A DNA stretch of 64,000 nt, taken from the NCBI GenBank assembly GCA_040954595.2, contig JBECUI020000030.1, positions 1 to 64,000 of the forward strand, read 5' to 3'. This document shows positions 11,284-23,409 of this stretch, one piece after another (position 1 is the first letter of the stretch; each line of letters opens with the position of its first letter). The notes beneath the pieces were generated by a model that did no database searches, had not been told where the DNA came from, and was given only the letters and a program-made list of their open reading frames with translations. The translations under genes were made by a program, and so were the position numbers. The DNA comes from Balanoglossus misakiensis. Its lineage: Eukaryota > Animalia > Hemichordata.

Positions 11284-13156
11284 TCAATGAAGATCCCGAA
11301 CTATTCCGGAAAGCTGGTATATACTATCCGGCAACCCACCCGGGCGAGATCGTTGCAGCCATAGTTTGCGGTAACGGCGAATGAGATCAGTCAGTTTTGG
11401 CAGTAATTCACTGCTCAGCTCCCTAATATCGGAGGCACTGGAAATATGTTCAATACATCTTCCGCCAATCATTAGAGAATCTACGATCCATAGTAATTCA
11501 TGTCGTAGCAGCGATTTCGGAAGGCACAAAGAAAGGATCCTAGCCTTTATTTCTTCCATCTCCCGATAAAAACCTACATAATCAGAATCTCGAAATGACA
11601 AGTACTGCGATTGATGATAGGGATAGGTACTACCAAGGAACATACAATGCAAAACGGAGGCATTCGCAAGAGTGAATCCGTATTTTTCGCTTATAGAGGC
11701 TAATTGATAAAATACTTGCGCCAATCCGGAGGTATTAAAGAGATAGGTATCCAGCCAGGCAAGAGCTATTGTCTCGTCTGTTTCATCAGAACTCCCTTCC
11801 CAACTGTACCGGGCAAAGTATGTCAGCGGGAGGAATAAACAGGATGCGGGCTGAAAATGTCCGTTATCACCCCATTCTGTCAGTACTACACCCGACAAAG
11901 AGTGTTCTGTACATGTTTCAACTGCTCTTTGCATATTTATTTCTGCATTACGCATTCGTCCGGCTATTGTGTTCCAGTTTGATGTCCCGCAATAGAGAAT
12001 GATATCTGCAGCGATACGCGCACGAACTGTCCGCACCTGTTCATCAAAGGGATGCTCAGCATCATATCCCCATAGACACAAACCCACGTCGTTCGCAAGC
12101 ATCTCTATCTTTTTCCGGATGTTGTATTACAATATCCGCCCAGATATACGGACGTTTCATGAGTGTTTTGCAGAATGCTGCTGTTGTATTTACTGCCGTG
12201 TAAAACAGTGTATCCATTCCCTCGCGCTCTGCTCGTTTTTTATTTGCACACTGGGCAAATTCCCAGGGTTCATCGTACCCAATATTTATGTTTGACGAAC
12301 GAAAGTGGGGCGCATACTGGGACAAGAGATCATGCACAAGTGCATCGGAGCGACTATCACTGATATTCCTCGTTGAAGGTTCCGGGCGGAAGACATTCCA
12401 GGGGTCGGTAAATCCGTCAGGGCATTCCGACAGATGTCGGTATTGTGGGTGCTTCAGCCATCGTTCCATATGTCCCAAACAGTTTAGGTTCGGTATGAGC
12501 TCAATACCCTCCTCAAAAGCAAGCCGATCTAAACGACGCAGCTGTCTTTTTGTCAGTGGAGATGCATGTTTCCATACCTGTTTATGTCCGCGAAACGCAA
12601 ATGTATGTTCAGTGTATAGTTCCAGCTGCGTATACTTCTGAAGACCAAGGATACGGATGAGTTTCTCTAGTTCTCGCATACGCGGGATGCGGTCTCGTGA
12701 AACATCCAGCATAAGTCCTCGTTTTGCTATACGTGGTGCATCAACAATCCGAACACAGGGAAGAGATAATGTTTTGCCAACCCGGGTGGAGAAAGAAGAA
12801 GATGTACTATCAATATTGTAGTCTCGTACTAAGCGAGAAATGTCATGTATCTGACCACTTCTGGTCGTTTCCGATACTACGTACTGAAATAGAGTCTTGA
12901 GTGCATACGCAATATTTTTGACCTCATCAGCAGAAATAGTAATGCCATCTGGAGTAATTACTATCTCATACGCGTGCTGCATCTTACCAATGGTACAGGT
13001 AATAGCCCCGACAACGAAGCTATGCCCAGTACGAAAGCGGCGTAATAAAGAGGATGTACGCCAGAGTCGCGGCAGTTTTTGAGCTGCAGAAAACTGTAGA
13101 TCGTGTTGGCTCTCAGTGTATGTCAACAACGTCGGACTCGGTATAATAGGAGGCAT
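11284..13156 (-). CDS. GH20-family beta-N-acetylhexosaminidase (frameshift near 12100)
   Basis: RGLMLDVSRDRIP, LGHMERW, IGYDEPWE catalytic DE, WADI, LTEWGDNGH; split over ORFs 12062..13156 and 11284..12102. Confidence 0.82.
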
Positions 13157-13159
13157 ACC

Positions 13160-14020
13160 TTATTCCTTTAATGCACCGGCAGAAAACCCGTGCGTAATTT
13201 GATTATGAAAAAAGAAGTAAAAAATGAGCATCGGGATCGTACTAATTACCAATGCGGCAAAAAGCAAACCGAAATCTCGTGCCATACCACCGGCAAAGGC
13301 ATTAACTCCAACCGGCAAACTACGAAGTGCCGTATCACTGGTCAGTACGAAGACAAAAACAAACTCGTTCCAATTGCCTAAAAAAACAAAGATCAACAAC
13401 GTTACCATAACCGGACGGGATATCGGTAAGATAATGCGATGAAATATTTGTATATAATTACTTCCATCAATTAATGCCGATTCTATTAAGGAATCAGGAA
13501 TATCCTTGATATAGGCCGCTGCCAGATACACTGCAAAGGGCAGACCAAAGGCAACATAGGGGAGAATGACACCGAAACGAGTATTATCAATATTTAACCA
13601 TGACTCCAGCAAAAAAAGAGGCACAAGGACAGCATGAACCGTAATAAGTAATCCCATAACAAAGATGGTGTAGATTATCTTGTTTATGCGGACATACGGA
13701 AATTTTGTCAAAGCAAATGCAGCTGATAATGCCAGATACACAGTAATAATAGTCGCGACAACCGAGTAAAATATACTGTTTAGAATGTAGAGCCCCAGTT
13801 TGCCGACATTCCAGGTCGTTATAAAATTTTGTACATAGAACTGATTAGGAAGACCAAATACATTCCTTATTATTTCAGCATGGGGACGGAAGGATACAAG
13901 GAACATCCATATGAGAGGGGTAATAGTAATTAAGGTATAAAATACTATAACAACAAGGGCACCCCCCTTCCATAGACTTGTTTCAATACCGTGTAATTGC
14001 CTTATTGTTTTAGTGTTCAT
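13160..14020 (-). CDS. Carbohydrate ABC transporter permease (MalG-like)
   Basis: IPDSLIESALIDG EAA loop, WNEF, multiple TM helices. Confidence 0.92.
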   Translation of the reverse strand: MNTKTIRQLHGIETSLWKGGALVVIVFYTLITITPLIWMFLVSFRPHAEIIRNVFGLPNQFYVQNFITTWNVGKLGLYILNSIFYSVVATIITVYLALSAAFALTKFPYVRINKIIYTIFVMGLLITVHAVLVPLFLLESWLNIDNTRFGVILPYVAFGLPFAVYLAAAYIKDIPDSLIESALIDGSNYIQIFHRIILPISRPVMVTLLIFVFLGNWNEFVFVFVLTSDTALRSLPVGVNAFAGGMARDFGLLFAALVISTIPMLIFYFFFHNQITHGFSAGALKE

Positions 14021-14915
14021 ACTTAGCTTCAAACCTCCGCGCAATACTGCGTAATATGCTAATAAGCCCCAAACTCAGTGCAACAATAATAACGGAAATA
14101 GCACTCCCATACCCATACTTGTAGTATTTAAATGTATGAATATACATATATATTGCAATAACTTCCGTGTAATGACTCGGACCACCTCCAGTCATGGCAA
14201 AAACTAAATCAAAACTCTTCAAACTTCCCGCAATGGCAAAAATTGCCGTAGTAAAAATAATTGTTATCATTTGTGGCAGAATAATTTGTAAAAGAATTTG
14301 TCGTTCAGTGGCACCATCTATTAAGGCAGATTCTAAAACCGAGGGGGATATCTTTTGCATATTAGCCACAAAGATAACCATATAAATACCGGTATAATAC
14401 CACAGAATAACAAAGAGCACCGGCATAATGGCAAGCTGTTTATCTTCAAAGATGGTAAAGACATATCTATTATCATCCATGATCACCCGCATGAGCTGCG
14501 TAAATATGCCGGAAGGAGCAAAAAACTGATTCCACAAAATGGCAACAACAATGGGGGAAATAACTACTGGAAGAAAGATCATTGCCTGATAAAACCATGA
14601 GCCGCGCACCATCCTGCGGTAGATAATATAGGCCAATATAAACCCTATGGGAATTTGTCCCATAACGGAAACTAGAACAATAAGAACATTATTCCGAAGC
14701 CCCTGTTGAAAAACCGGGTCACTCAATAATGTAGAATAGTTTTGAAGCCCTACAAACTCCGGAGTATCCAAGCCCGACCAGGTAGTAAAACTTGTCCCCA
14801 GACTAAAAAATATAGGGAATATTACTACACTGAGGTAAATGCAGAGAGCGGGAAGTATTAAGAGTAAATAATTACTTTTAAATTGCAATCGGTAATTCAA
14901 CTCCCCACCCTCCAA
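14010..14915 (-). CDS. Carbohydrate ABC transporter permease (MalF-like)
   Basis: FVGLQNY, VLESALIDGA, FDLVFAMTGGGP. Confidence 0.92.
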   Translation of the reverse strand: MEGGELNYRLQFKSNYLLLILPALCIYLSVVIFPIFFSLGTSFTTWSGLDTPEFVGLQNYSTLLSDPVFQQGLRNNVLIVLVSVMGQIPIGFILAYIIYRRMVRGSWFYQAMIFLPVVISPIVVAILWNQFFAPSGIFTQLMRVIMDDNRYVFTIFEDKQLAIMPVLFVILWYYTGIYMVIFVANMQKISPSVLESALIDGATERQILLQIILPQMITIIFTTAIFAIAGSLKSFDLVFAMTGGGPSHYTEVIAIYMYIHTFKYYKYGYGSAISVIIVALSLGLISILRSIARRFEAKYEH

Positions 14916-14961
14916 TACTGCAGGATGCTTGCATAATGATACACAAACATCCTAAAACTAG

Positions 14962-16242
14962 TTATTTCCGACCAGTGTCATTTGCTGCAACCCATGCCTC
15001 ATATTCGGCTGCAACCTCTTCGGCAGTCTTATTCCCAAACATCATTTCCTGTATAGCAGGATGTAAGACACCCATTCCCTCACCGTCCATGACGGCATCT
15101 ATGACATAACCCGCCGGAGCAGTTGCAAGGAAGTCAGCCAATTTTGCCGAAATTACAGGAAAATCTGCCGGGCGTTCTATCAGTGCAGCCGGGAGTGCCC
15201 AATGTTTCTGCCGGATATTCGACCCTTCTGGGACCGGAGTAGAACCAAATCCACTTCCACGCCATTGCTGCCTTTGCCTCGGAAAGATTGGCATTCATAC
15301 CAAAGCCTGTACCTGCTACAACAGCAGTAGAGTTGGGGATCCCCCGCTCGTTCCCAATCGAAGGGAAAACAGTTATATCCGTGGATTCAAACTGACTCTC
15401 GTTCATTTCACCAACAAGGTTGTTTGCTCTCCAACCACCATCAATAAAGTAGACTGCCCGTTCGTTGACAAAGTCACTTAATGCAACACCGTACTCGGCC
15501 TGATTGATTCCCGGAGAAAACATATCTGCGTCCGAAAGAGTCTTGATTACTCGCAATGCCTCGACAAACTCAGGATCGGTAAACGAAGCATCCCCGACTC
15601 GGGCGGCATCTAGCCATTTTCTTCCACCTGTTCGTGCTACCAAGGCGCTTAAAAACGTCGACTGCATTTGCCAACCGTCTTGTTGTCCATAGCAATAGGA
15701 ATATACCCTGCATTACGGATTTTGTCGCCTTGTGCCATCATTTCATCCATAGTACGAGGGAACCGGAGACCAAGTTCTCGTAATAGGCGTGTATTTACGA
15801 ACATAACATGTGTTGCCGTTACCTGTTCCGGCAGTTCCCAAATTTCCCCATTCGGACCCTGTGGTGCCATTGCAGCTGTCGCAAAAAGATTGCTGTTATC
15901 ACCTATGTACGGTCGCAAATCCTTGACCTTGCCACTGCCAGTTACTTGCCCCGTCCGCTTGCCTGGCCACAAGAATATGACATCGGGAAGTTCGTCTGCT
16001 ACCGATAAGGTCTGCAACTTATTGTGATACGGCTCATTTACCAAGAAGTCAAATTCAAGCGTGATATCAGGATTTTGCCGTTCAAACTCTGCACGGAGTT
16101 CTTCAAAATTCTGAACAGTTACTTGATCAGCCTGGTCCAAATAGTGGAACACCGTTAATACATTCGTTTGCTCTGTCGTTCCTGCACCAAATACAGGAAT
16201 GCCCACAATACAAAACACCAAAAGATAATAGAATAATTTCAT
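14962..16242 (-). CDS. Family-1 sugar-binding protein (two frameshifts)
   Basis: Signal peptide, FERQNPDITLEF, ELPDV, YIPIAM, FIDGGW; pieces 15649..16260, 15134..15667, 14962..15294. Confidence 0.82.
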
Positions 16243-16317
16243 TTTTCCCTCCTTATACAATGTTATGCTTTATTATAATTATATCATTATTTCAATAAAA
16301 AAACTAGAACACTTCAT

Positions 16318-18658
16318 TTACGAACCAATGTGTTTATGTAATGCATGTGAATACTCATAGAATTGATCTAACGTTAATTTTTTCAAGTAGATGATTCCTC
16401 GCGTTGAGCGAATGCGTGAGTCCTGATTTTGATGAAAAAATGATGCCCCCAGTAAACTGCGTAGTTGCTCATATTGCTCCACCTGCACATTCTGTGCTAG
16501 ATCAGAAAAAGGTCCATCATACTCATAGCTAGGGAAGGAAGCAACAGATTGAGTCAGAAAGGACTGTATAAACGTCTGTCGCATGACCGACATACTCATT
16601 TAATGTTGCCGGAATAAAGAAATTAGCTTCATAGGGTTGGTAGCGATACCATACATTCCGGTATCCCCAGACCTCAATATCATTTCTCTTGCTCTCTTTT
16701 TGATACTCTTTTAATGCCGCAGCAATGGCTTGAAAGACCTTATAATGCGTATCAGGTCCGCTCCCTTCGGGGTCAAGGGCAACCGTTATAACAGTCGGCT
16801 TTATGCGCTGCATCGTAGCAACAACTGGTTTTATATCTCGTTTATACTCAGGATCTTCAGTGAATACATCACCCTTATAAAATCCTAACCGGGAATGAAT
16901 AACCGAAGAGCAGTGAAAGCCGAAGAAGCCCCATAATAAATCCGCTTCCCACTCACGAATCATTCCCTTCAACTGCTGAACTCCAGGGATATCCTTCCTG
17001 CCGGGATACGACTGGGTCAGATAGGAACGTAGTTCTTCCAACTGTTTCCCAAAGTCTTTTTTTGTCTGCGAGGAGTATATCTCATTCAAGTTGCGCAAAA
17101 ATCGACATGCCGCATGAAAATTGCTTCCTCATGATCTTTTGCCGCAACAGCATCAAGATGGCAAAGCATATCGCGATTGCGTAACTCTCATTAGTATAAC
17201 TAAAATAGTTTTTATCAACGAGGGCATCAAAAACACTTGCCTTATTTACCAGTCCTTGTGCATGGTCAATATGGTCGAGAAGATTATTATTACTCACCGC
17301 ATTAAACCCGCTTGTCAGATAATTAAAATAATGAACATTAGACCGGATCTCGGATAAGGCGTGCTAAAAATGATATATACCCCAACATAATATCATCGTG
17401 GTGGGGTGCAGTATGCAAGAACACTTGATTGGTCGGTACTTGAAGGGAATTCAATACACATTGCTTATACTGCTCAGAAAGTGCACGAGCCATATCCAGC
17501 GTCTTATTGCCCACTGTTCCCCATAACAATCTCGTAGAATCCGTTTGCTTGAAATCCTCTTCAGTTAAATCCGTTAATTTTTTTTGAACACGAAATGCCA
17601 ACTCAGTAATAATTCTCGATGAACCGTCTTGAAGTTGCTTGGGGTCATCTTTATAGTGTAAATAGTTCCGTTCATCAAAGATGCTTTGCGGCTCCACTGG
17701 TAATGTAGAAACGTGCATTCGGTAAGGGATGCAGTGCCGAGGCTGGTATGCGCACAGATTTTGCACCCGTAATTGCTTCACTCACTATTTTGCCTTTGCC
17801 TCTCCGCAGCAATAATGATGGCAATACATTGCGGATTATACGTAATGGTCGATAGCCCGATGGTAATAACCAAGCGGTTGCGTGCTGATTCTATCCCTCC
17901 TAAATCACTGGCAGCTGCTGCCTGTGTTTCGTAGTTCGTTGCACAGAGCCGAGTTACAGAATAATGTTGTGCTCCCGACATTAAAGCCGATATGTCCATC
18001 CGGACCAATGCCGCCCAGAAAAAAATCAATGCCCCCCCACTCACGGATCTGTGCCTCGTAGTTATCACAAAACTGATCAACCGCAACTAGCGCCTGCTGT
18101 TGCCGCTCTTCCAGTTTACTGGAAGGATTGCGTATTCGCAAAGTAAGGTCAACCAAATAATTCGGCCAAATTTGTTCTAGACTCTCGTCTGAAGCTAACC
18201 CAATAGAATCAGGATTAATAAGCAATGCCTTTTGTATGTCAAGCCCAAACCCCTCTATGTAATACTTTCTTACATAGTGGTTAAAACTGTTATGCTGTCG
18301 TGTGCTGATGGGATAAAATTCATCAATTTGTACAAAGCGAAGACCCTTTAATGTTGGAGCATTCTTGCTGGAAATGCCGTAAGATTCCAAGACATGCCTT
18401 GTTTCCTTCGCATTCCACTGTGCGAGAAAAAACTTCATCCAATAAATAAAATTGCTCCGGCGTCCTACCGGTAGGGAGGGCAACAACGCCATCAGGGTTC
18501 TTCAACACCCATTCCAGAAACCGAAGGGCTGTCAACTTACCCAGAACAGAAAGACTGTCCACAACAATAACTCCTACCCTTTCGGATTCGGATGTATACG
18601 GACTTACTTTTTCATGCTGAAAATAAAAATTTTCTACGGTACTCCATTGCGGATTCAT
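16318..18658 (-). CDS. nagB: Long-form glucosamine-6-phosphate deaminase fused to a PIG-L/LmbE-like domain (multiple frameshifts)
   Basis: ALPTGRTP, QIDEFY, GGIGPDGHIGFN (NagB); then HTAPHHDDIMLG and DPEGSGPDTH; reconstructed from seven ORF fragments. Confidence 0.78.
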
Positions 18659-18720
18659 GGCTAACCCCTTTGACAATACACAACTATACTATATCCTTGC
18701 ATGATTGCACAAGCCTATCC

Positions 18721-18749
18721 TAGACAAAAAAAGAATCGTACATTATACT
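18721..18749 (+). promoter_or_regulatory. Sigma70-type promoter of the nan operon
   Basis: TAGACA (18721-18726), 17 bp spacer, TATACT (18744-18749); followed by a tandem GTAATTA repeat that may be an operator. Confidence 0.55.
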
Positions 18750-18816
18750 GTAATTATAGGTAATTACTGGAAAGTATTATTATTGCACAGTTTATTCTGT
18801 CAATTGGAGGGACAGC

Positions 18817-19680
18817 ATGGAAGGTATATTTACCGCTCTCGTAACTCCGTTTCATGCCGATGGCACGATCAACGAAACCGTATTACGTAACGTTGTTCGT
18901 TATAACATTGACAAGATGGGAGTAGATGGACTCTATGTCGGTGGCTCCACCGGTGAAAGTTTTCTCATGAACAAAACAGAACGACACACTGTTTTGAAAA
19001 TTGTACGAGAAGAAGCAAAAGACGACGTTATTCTTATTGCCCAAATCGCTTCGCTGAATATTTCGGATTCAATATCGCTGGGCAAAGATGCCACCGAGTT
19101 AGGATATGCGGCAATATCTGCAGTTACACCTTTTTACTATCAATTTACTTTTACAGAAATCAAAAAGTATTATCAAACCTTAACAGAGGCAATTGACAAT
19201 ACAATGATTCTGTATTCCATTCCCGCATTTACAGGTGTTTCTATTTCCCTGTCTCAGTTTAATGAACTGCTCTCCTTACCGAAGGTCGGCGGTATTAAAT
19301 ATACCGATTCTAATCTCAATACATTAGAACGTTTAACTGTAATCCACCCAGATAAAACGTTTTTATTTGGAAAAGACGAGATGCTGATAGCAGGTTTAGT
19401 GCTGGACATTAGCGGTGCAGTCGGTAGCACCTATAACGTACTTGGACAAAAGGCAAAAAAACTTCGTGAATACATGAAGCAAGGAAACTATCCGATGCCC
19501 GGGCCTTTACAACATACCATCAACAAGGCCATAGCAAAAATGCACGAGCACGGCGTATACCAAACTATTAAAGAAGTATTACATATTAAAGGAATAGGAA
19601 AAGGATATGTACGATTACCTTTTCTTGAATTGAACGGGGAGCAAAAGAAAGATATACAGAAAAATATAGATATATTTTAG
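18817..19680 (+). CDS. nanA: N-acetylneuraminate lyase
   Basis: YVGGSTGE, VTPFYY, YSIP, GIKYT Schiff-base Lys, GSTYN; clustered with nanE and a ROK kinase. Confidence 0.9.
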   Translation: MEGIFTALVTPFHADGTINETVLRNVVRYNIDKMGVDGLYVGGSTGESFLMNKTERHTVLKIVREEAKDDVILIAQIASLNISDSISLGKDATELGYAAISAVTPFYYQFTFTEIKKYYQTLTEAIDNTMILYSIPAFTGVSISLSQFNELLSLPKVGGIKYTDSNLNTLERLTVIHPDKTFLFGKDEMLIAGLVLDISGAVGSTYNVLGQKAKKLREYMKQGNYPMPGPLQHTINKAIAKMHEHGVYQTIKEVLHIKGIGKGYVRLPFLELNGEQKKDIQKNIDIF

Positions 19681-19813
19681 GAGACTAATAATTGCCATAA
19701 CAGGAGTTACTGTTGTCTCACGCTAATACTGCACTACCGTAATGTGCAAATGCTTTATGGGAATGCTATAACTTGTGTCGTATGGATATTATTAATTATT
19801 AAGGAGGGGATGT

Positions 19814-21459
19814 ATGAAAAAAACATTCATTCTAAGTATGTTGTTGGGTTTCTTGGTTATACTATCAGTGTATAGCGGTGGAAATCAGGAAGTTGTTACA
19901 CAGGCAGATGCAGTTTTAGCAGATGTACGGGTGCGGCAAGCGTTTGCACATGCTATCGATATGGAAACAGTGGCAGAAACCTTATTTGACGGAAAAATTG
20001 TTGTAGCAAACAGTTTGACCCCAAATGGCGATTGGAAGGCCAGTGGTCTAAAAACGTATGAGTATAACCCCGATAGAGCACGCGAACTATTACAAGAGGC
20101 AAGCTGGGACCCGAACTATGTACTTGATGTCGTACATTATTACGATGACCAGTTAACCATAGACTTTATGCTCACCATTCAAAACTATCTGGATGCTGTC
20201 GGCGTTAAAATGAAGTTTCGTTTGTTATCCGGTGATCTCGGTGCACAGCTATTGGACTACCCCATCCGATCCGGGCCAATGGTCCATCGGCAGTTCAATG
20301 GGATTTAGCATACGGTGCAGTAGCGGCATTAACCCCCACATGAGGTATATAACCGTTTTGCAACTGCTGCCTCTATTAATTCACATACACCAAGCGACGC
20401 AGAATTAGACACACTCATTGCTGCAACCAATGCAACGGCTGATGCCGATGAACAAAAAACAAGCATTTGCCGCATTACAACGATATGAGAATGATACTCT
20501 GTTTGCATTACCTCTGTATCAACAACCACTGTTTATCTTCGAGAGCAATCGACTGAACCATGGTGGGGCAGCACACGGGAACGGCATCTGGGCATACGAC
20601 TGGAAAATTACTGATTGGACTGTACAGCCGGATAAAAAACGGAAACTATACCTTGTATTCCGACGGTGGTCCTACAGAATACTTTGAAGCACCATTTATA
20701 AACCCCAGTCAGGGAATGTATGCAAAATTCTTATATGACCGGTTAATAGTTGCAGATAAGGATATAGCAAGTTATGCGGGACAATTAGCGCAGTCATATT
20801 CTCTTAGTTCCGACGGGTTGACCTTAACATTCGTACTACGAAATGATGTTACTTGGCATGACGGAACACCATTTACTGCGGAAGATGTTAAATTTACAAT
20901 TGAGTATTCATCTCGTGTACCAACACTGAACCCCATTGCATCTGCAACATACGCTTCGTTGGAAGGGTATGAGGATTTTATTAATGGCACGTCTCCTAGC
21001 ATAAGTGGCATTGTCATGGACGGGAATACCGTAACATTACAGTTTGCTCAGTTGGCACCTGCAGCTCTCTCAGTTTTCTCGCAATGGCCACCCCTTCCCA
21101 AACATTTGCTGGAAACTCCGACCCCCTACTCTCTCAACAGGCACCCTATTGGCGCAATCTTGTCGGGGACCGGTCCCTTCAAGGTGGAAACTGTTGAATG
21201 GAACGATTATTCCACCTTTGTTCCCTATGAAGGGTATCGAAGTAGGGGACGGGGCAATATTGATCGGATCCAATTAATATCCAGCGGGTTCTCGTATGTA
21301 AATACGGTGGTGAACGTGGAGGCAGGGCTCATCGACTTTACCTACAGCAGGGTCGTCAGTGATGCCCAAGCAGTTGAGAAAATGGATCACATGAAGGTGG
21401 TTCCTGTTAATATATTTTATACACGCTTATTGTATGTTAACAAGTTTAAGCGAGAATAA
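19814..21459 (+). CDS. Family-5 (peptide/nickel-type) ABC substrate-binding protein, apparently circularly permuted (frameshifted)
   Basis: DVRVRQAFAHAID, YNPDRARELL, SSDGLTLTFVLR, WHDGTPFTAEDVKFT, GTGPFK. Confidence 0.8.
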
Positions 21460-21469
21460 GTTCTATTTG

Positions 21470-21498
21470 AAGTATCTGTGCTAATAGCACAGATACTT
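21470..21498 (+). terminator. Perfect 14-bp inverted repeat after the binding-protein gene (stabilising or attenuating hairpin)
   Basis: AAGTATCTGTGCTA-A-TAGCACAGATACTT; no U-tract follows. Confidence 0.65.
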
Positions 21499-21517
21499 GT
21501 ACTACCATGGAAAAAAC

Positions 21518-22483
21518 ATGATAGCCTATACCATTCGTAGAGTTTCATACTTGTTCCGCTAGCTTTTTTTATTAGTTTCCTTATCTATCTAGGACTGGAA
21601 GCGATGCCGGGGGATCCGGTCAGTTACATGGTGAACCCGGAGTTAGCAGCTGAAATTGACCCCCAAGCATTGGATGCTTTACGGGAAAAATTAGGACTAA
21701 ACAAACCTTTCCTTACTCGTTATTTTACATGGGTAGGGGAAGTCTTACAGGGAAAACTTGGCTACAGTCTTACAAGTGGAGTGGCAATTGCGGAAACAGT
21801 GTTGGACCGTCTTCCCGCCACATTGGAATTGTCGTTATTGGCATTGTTTTTCTCTACCCTGTTCGGAACCTGTTTCGGCGTGATCTCTGCATTAAAAAAA
21901 GAAAGCACTACGGATAGCATTTTTACATTTGCAGGAATGATCGGCATTTCCATTCCATCATTTTTCTTTTGCCATCCTCTGTATTGTCTTCTTCGGATTG
22001 TATCTGGATTGGCTGCCAATAGGTGGAAGAATCTTACCGGGCTACAGGACATTTTTTGACCGCCTGCCGCATCTCATTATGCCTGTATTGGTATTGTCCA
22101 CAACCTTAACCGCAGGGGTCATGCGTTATTCTCGTGCAAGCATGCTGGATTCACTCAATAAAAACTTCATTCAAACAGCAAGAAGTAAGGGTTTGCCGGA
22201 ATGGCGTGTCAATCTTATCCATGGGTTTCGGGTATCACTAACACCGGTTATTGTGCTTATCGGATTCCGTTTACCCATTTTAATAGGAGGATCGGTTATT
22301 ATTGAAGAAGTATTTCAATGGCCGGGCATCGGATCCGAGTTTGTTGCTGCAGTTCGCAATCTAAACTATCCCTTTGTTATGATATTGCCTTCTGTACTGT
22401 ATTAGCCATGCTTACCGGAAGTTTTTCTTATCGATCTTCTGACCGCCGTCATTGATCCACGGGTAAGATTGGGGAAAGAATGA
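21518..22483 (+). CDS. DppB/OppB-like ABC permease (frameshifted)
   Basis: MPGDP, LGYSL, RLPATLEL, TARSKGL, EEVFQWPGIG, IDPRV. Confidence 0.82.
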
Positions 22484-23405
22484 CAGTTCACATAACAAGA
22501 AACAGGTTGGATAAGCAGTTTGATCGGATAAAAGAACAAGAAGAATCCGGCTTATTGCAGAACAAACAACGAAATAGAGTTATACAGAAATTTCTAAACA
22601 ATCGTCTGGCGGTCGCTGGATTAATTGTTTTTTCTATCATTTTATTTTCATCAATATTTGCACCATTGCTGACAAGCTATAGACCCAACGAGATAAACCT
22701 GCGAAACATACTGGAGTCTCCAACCGGCAAACATATCTTTGGCACGGATAAGATCGGCAGGGATGTCTTTACCCGAATTATTTACGGGGGACGCGTTTCA
22801 ATTCTCGTCGGACTCGGCAGTGCACTGCTGGCATCGTTCATTGGAGTGTTTATTGGTTGTTATACGGGCTACAAGGGGGGCTGGCTCGATGCACTGGCAT
22901 TGCGTATATCAGAGATAATCCTCTCTTTTCCCAATATCATTCTTAACTTGATGTTGGTAACCATCTTTGGACAGAGCATCATAAATTTGATTATATCTTT
23001 TCAGTCATCGGGCAGGCGGCAGTATTTCGCATGACACGGGCAAAAATACTATCGATCCGCGAAGAGGAATACGTACAGGCACTGCAAGCATTTGGACTCA
23101 ATACCTTTGTCATTTGTTATAAACACATGCTGCCGAATATCTTAGGTCCGACTATGGTAAACATAACCTTATCTACCGCTACCTTCATTATTATTGAAGC
23201 AGGCTTAAGTTTTCTCGGGTTAGGAGTTCCATTAGATATTCCGACTTGGGGGAACATTCTTAATGTTGCAAACGATATTAATATTCTTCTTAATGCCTGG
23301 TGGGTATGGCTCCCGGTGGGAATTGTTATTTCTTTGTTTGTACTGAGTGTCAACTTTATTGGTGACGGCATGCGGGATACGACCGATCCGACACAACAAG
23401 GATAA
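22480..23405 (+). CDS. DppC/OppC-like ABC permease (frameshifted)
   Basis: HIFGTDKIGRD, YGGRVS, EAGLSFLGLG, GDGMRD. Confidence 0.85.
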
Positions 23406-23409
23406 AGAA

